Shown piece after piece: positions 61,001 through 64,000 of a DNA stretch of 64,000 bases (position 1 is its first letter; each line of letters starts with the position of its first letter). The DNA lies in NCBI GenBank assembly GCA_963675755.2, contig CAXXMD010000003.1, forward strand, positions 1,696,001-1,760,000, written 5' to 3'. The position numbers and the translations under genes are program-made. The notes under the pieces are model-generated. The model saw nothing but the letters and a program-made list of their open reading frames with translations. It ran no database searches and had not been told where the DNA came from. This DNA comes from a bacterium (GTDB taxonomy: Bacteria > Zhuqueibacterota > Zhuqueibacteria > Residuimicrobiales > Krinioviventaceae).

Positions 61001-64000
61001 GTTAAATTTGAGCCGTTTGGCATTGTTGTATCAGGATACTGGCTTGAACGAGTTTGCTGTAGAGTATTTTCAAAATGTGGCTGATATTTACAAACGCAAA
61101 AACATGTATGATAACCTGATGCGGAGTTATCGCAGTATTGCGCTGAATTATCTTATATTGGAAGAACCACAGGATGCAATATATTATGCCAATCAAGCGC
61201 TCGAGTTACTGCAAAGTGGAAAGGTTAAAGAAATTAGTCAAGATCCTTCACGGGTCAAGGTTGGCTTGCTGGGTCTGCATGTACCTGTACCTTTTGTGAA
61301 CTTGAACAATATGCTGCCCATGGCTGCGTTGAAATTCACAACTGAAGATGAAAGTGCACTAGTTTATACTATTCTGGGCTCCAGTTATAGTTATGAGAAA
61401 AATTACAAGGAAGCCATTACCAATCTGAATAAAAAAATGGAGCTGTTTAAAAAGCAGGATGATAAAGCTTCGCAGGCGACCTTGTTGAATAATATAGGCT
61501 ATTTATATTTCCTCAATGGTGATTATGAAAATGCCTGGGGCAGCTTTAGCGAATCCCTGAAAATTTGTAAAGATAAAAAGCTGCTTAGGGGAATTCTGTT
61601 AAATAGTTCAAACCTTGCCAGAATTGTAATGGCAATGAATGCCGCTATTCTGGAAGATCAGTTGGATTATACACAGGTCAAAAATCAATTTTGGCAATAT
61701 CAAAATGATGCGGCGGAAAATATTAATGATGCCCTTGATCGTATACAGGATGAAGAATTCCGCTATGTAAAGATCAAGATAGAGATGTATCGTTATCTGG
61801 CAGATTTTTCATTAATCCATTTTGATGAGCAGGACGATCTGACAAGTAATATTGAATCAAACCTGTTTATATTTGAAAATGGATCTTATGCGCAAACCTA
61901 TCTGCAGGAAGCCCTCAGGACTGCCAAAGCTTACGAGTTGTTGGAAGAAGAATGTTCTATAGAATATGATCTGGGCAAGTTGTTTTATAAATTGGGCAAT
62001 GCGGATGAGTCTTATGCTCATTTGCGTGTTGCACGTAGAATGGCAATACGAAATGCATATTATGATATGCTATGGAGAATAGATACCCACATGGGTGATC
62101 TGCTTTCCATGATGCCCCGTGATGTCAAAGTTAAATACTCTATACAAAAAGATCCTTACGAGTATTTTATAGAAGCCATTGATGTGCTGCAGGCACATCC
62201 TGCAAAAATTTCAGGTGCAAATGCAGCTACATTGCGTACGACCTACCAGAAACCCTATCGCCGGGTCATTCGGTATATGACTGAAAAGAACGATATTAAC
62301 GGTGCGCTTGCCATGTCTGAACAAATGCGGGCAAAATTGTATCTGGATATGGTTAGCAGTGAAAATATTGATTTGCGTAAAGAGCGACACAAGATCTATT
62401 ATGGAAATGCCAAGTTTTTACAGCGGACTATTAATGAACTGGAAATCAGTCTGCTGCAAATGAAAAACCGGTTTGATATTCCGTATGCAGATATTATAGA
62501 AAAAATGAAAGAGTTAGAGTCTTATAAAGAGGAGTATGAAACCCTGTTGAGTGACGCGCGTCTTGAAGTGCCGGAACTGGAGACTCTTGTACGCGTGAAT
62601 CCGGTAACGTGTGAAATGCTGCAAAAAAAGATTAGACCGGGTGAAGCAATCCTCTATTTTACGGAACTGGAAGATCAGCTTTTAACCTGGCTGGTTACAA
62701 AAAAGCAGATTTATTATATTGGATATAAACTCTCCAGACACGAGTTGAACCGATATGCTGACCAGGTGTTTACAGCATTGAAATCAGGTGCTGATGAGAT
62801 TCCTGAATTATCGGGAATCAACCTGTTCTCTGTTCTGGACCAGGCACAAACTCCTGTCAAGCATCTTGTTGTTGTGCCACCTAATGAGCTGCTCTTACTT
62901 CCCTGGAGTGCAATGTTGTACCAGGGCAATCCGAATGATATGGATATTACAACCAGTACCAGTTTGACGGATTACTATTATTCTTATGACCGGAGAAAAA
63001 TCCAGGGGCAACGCATCTTTTTTGCATCGCGGGATTTGTCTTCACAGGTATTAAAAGATGAAGGGTATACCGTCATTCTTCCCATGACCAGTCAGGAGCA
63101 AAACAGTTTTTCTGCGCAAGGTCAGCCCTTGGGACGTTCGGATGTGATTTATCTCAAGGTGCAGGGAGAGTGGAACGAGATCGATCCTGCACGCTCGCGA
63201 ATGGGTTTCAGGATCAAACAATCTTCATTGGCGGTTTTTTCATCCATTGATTTGTATTCAATGAATTTGAACGCAAGTCTTGTTCAACTCAGTTTTGAGC
63301 ACGATATTCCATTCAGAAATTTCAGTCAGCCATTCATAGCATGGGAACGCGCGTTTGGTTACGCCGGTGTACCTTCTTTACTGGTGTCTTTATGGCCGCT
63401 TACACCAGAGAGTGAAAATGAATTCCTATCTGTTTATTATGAATTTCTTCAGGATTTTCCGGCAGCAGAAGCATTGAATATGACCCGTAACCATTACGTT
63501 CGGGCAGATTCCTCATTCCGCTTCTGGGCGGGGTATCAACTGTATGGATTTGGCGGTATGTCCCGGGATGAAGAAGAACAATACGCGCAGGAGGGATTTG
63601 AAGGTCAGGTACGCCGTGGCCACAGTGCATACGAATTGGGCGAATGGGAAGATGCGATCCGGTTGTATGAAAGCGCTCAGCGAATGGCAGAACGGCAAAA
63701 TGATACGGAAAGCATTGAGCTGTTACAGCAGAGAATACTCGAGTGTGCGGTTAACGGAGGTTTTTGGAGCAAAGCCATTGAAACACAATTGACACAGATT
63801 GAAAATGCTCAAGCCACCAACGATGTGGCTGCCGAAGCAAACGGATACAGTAATCTGGCATTCTTTTATACACAGAACAAAGAGTTTGATAAAGGCATTG
63901 AAGCTAAAGCGCGCTTTACCCGACTTGCAGAGCAATATGGATTAAAAGAGGAAGAGGCGCATTCTTTGCGTGAGACCGGTTTAATCTATGAACGAGGCGG
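58029..64000 (+). CDS. Giant exported protein (>1990 aa, 3'-partial): TolB/PD40 propeller, TPR arrays, degenerate CHAT domain, further TPRs
   Basis: ATG overlaps the upstream TAA (TAATG). Translated by hand at several points: MKYRIKHIFLTLVLTVLFVSSSFNFAQ, SPDGKWMAYVS...NFDIW, FTSDRGGNLDIW, TPR helices, AFGYAGVPSLLVSLW, FWAGYQLYG. The same frame is open at the window end, which explains its absence from the ORF track. Confidence 0.9.
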   Translation, partial: MKYRIKHIFLTLVLTVLFVSSSFNFAQAPDNKKLDYQQVTTHPDIDLSARISPDGKWMAYVSRQSDNFDIWIRSTAGGRSIQVTFHKADDYYPVWYPDSRTIVFVSQRSDAAGDIWLVHLREIKGRLYPKGEPERFTDYMGYDGYPTVSPDSKKICWVSDRSGSEELWFYNEHTEAKLQLTYKGGTHPMWSSDLQMIAFTSFRDGPENNGDIFIINLKGPKPTGQDTLLWDLREYPTYQLTKGPAIDGFPSWTKEATQVVFLRNEFDTNKDGSLTPTDRAAVWEAQIFKTPIELMFVSDPMLQVLSKSFNLKMASYAMPLTSGGEQVMQPYTGSNDRIYFTSDRGGNLDIWSFPSTGYIPRVNNPALQYQLADSIYALSPEMTRLTLGPLFLEWDPQSMTKQQRLLLWDRQLAFKRVIDYFGTATEVSPQTLYEIAVCFKLLDYPEQADLFLEILLKNFPEHKTLAAYAEMLKLGLKARNVSSGQKRLELLKPELDAILEKYKLEAEPMSAAYIVLGDLFYQVKQDAQAFKAYEQVLESFPEQSFYCAEAQLKIGDVFSRFATQDEVIQAYLQVVQKYPEQRDWMVPARDRILDLLVTDASNELDLISRYREIVGQYAQFPLLAAAAQLRIGKILFNAGDYASAIQEYEMVESLFGDLVEEVFTANFSIAESLLMMGENLRAFSLLEQLVNRYSSNRKDLSDTAWDRLLKALLDSGDELKSAQEFSLALLRYQRAKEMDLNNLHAHRGYIECLYYQRKIDDAVAEYEQLVKDYPEQQVILYCLGLTYSYKGTEKAELYNEPDALDTRMLNQSSYRIARALALDYTMVQPYLTLSYNYEMMEQAEARERAKPKPFYVRLWNTLRTPFDYVYDIVTFAKVEPKRGYYERAIHELTKAIGLNDAEVDPDLEANLALNLANNYYNLGEYGYAKAYEYYHIKLKYDSTFYDKQREALIYERMGHCSYKVEDVKGGEKYLLRAIQLYTELEDEGHVLLNLSRLALLYQDTGLNEFAVEYFQNVADIYKRKNMYDNLMRSYRSIALNYLILEEPQDAIYYANQALELLQSGKVKEISQDPSRVKVGLLGLHVPVPFVNLNNMLPMAALKFTTEDESALVYTILGSSYSYEKNYKEAITNLNKKMELFKKQDDKASQATLLNNIGYLYFLNGDYENAWGSFSESLKICKDKKLLRGILLNSSNLARIVMAMNAAILEDQLDYTQVKNQFWQYQNDAAENINDALDRIQDEEFRYVKIKIEMYRYLADFSLIHFDEQDDLTSNIESNLFIFENGSYAQTYLQEALRTAKAYELLEEECSIEYDLGKLFYKLGNADESYAHLRVARRMAIRNAYYDMLWRIDTHMGDLLSMMPRDVKVKYSIQKDPYEYFIEAIDVLQAHPAKISGANAATLRTTYQKPYRRVIRYMTEKNDINGALAMSEQMRAKLYLDMVSSENIDLRKERHKIYYGNAKFLQRTINELEISLLQMKNRFDIPYADIIEKMKELESYKEEYETLLSDARLEVPELETLVRVNPVTCEMLQKKIRPGEAILYFTELEDQLLTWLVTKKQIYYIGYKLSRHELNRYADQVFTALKSGADEIPELSGINLFSVLDQAQTPVKHLVVVPPNELLLLPWSAMLYQGNPNDMDITTSTSLTDYYYSYDRRKIQGQRIFFASRDLSSQVLKDEGYTVILPMTSQEQNSFSAQGQPLGRSDVIYLKVQGEWNEIDPARSRMGFRIKQSSLAVFSSIDLYSMNLNASLVQLSFEHDIPFRNFSQPFIAWERAFGYAGVPSLLVSLWPLTPESENEFLSVYYEFLQDFPAAEALNMTRNHYVRADSSFRFWAGYQLYGFGGMSRDEEEQYAQEGFEGQVRRGHSAYELGEWEDAIRLYESAQRMAERQNDTESIELLQQRILECAVNGGFWSKAIETQLTQIENAQATNDVAAEANGYSNLAFFYTQNKEFDKGIEAKARFTRLAEQYGLKEEEAHSLRETGLIYERG

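Overview
64 kb of AT-rich bacterial chromosome, mostly housekeeping. No phage, IS, CRISPR, rRNA or tRNA was seen. The promoters are sigma70-type (TTGACT-17-TAAAAT), Shine-Dalgarno sites are used, several proteins end in YPNPFN/FlgD-Ig C-terminal sorting tails, and the gene order is parAB-M23-bactofilin-atp. Together these suggest a diderm of the wider FCB group outside the Bacteroidia, such as KSB1 or Calditrichota (inference). Core genes: glgP, ligA, proline dehydrogenase, parA/parB, a full atpZIBEFHAGDC operon, aspS, phoH, a split 7TM-HD gene, ybeY, a CNNM/CBS protein, ktrB/ktrA, hsp20-lon and a UDPGP-family pyrophosphorylase. Best candidate for an undescribed system: a stand-alone three-gene operon after the ATP synthase (27301-32567). 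Its first two hypothetical proteins carry, in register, the membrane signatures of the GldL/PorL and GldM/PorM proton-driven rotary motor. They are followed by an exported protein with a probable C-terminal beta-barrel, with no gldK/gldN alongside. Other notable items: a three-gene cohesin-dockerin operon with no glycoside hydrolase; a >1990 aa exported propeller-TPR protein with a catalytically dead CHAT domain, absent from the ORF track and coupled to an AsmA/DUF1318 pair; a Helicobacter-like cell-shape enzyme set; a TOPRIM-less OLD-type ATPase; an Ala-rich c-subunit; and a probable AUA start for ybeY. All family assignments come from motif recognition by eye, and reference sequences are quoted from memory. 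No searches were run.
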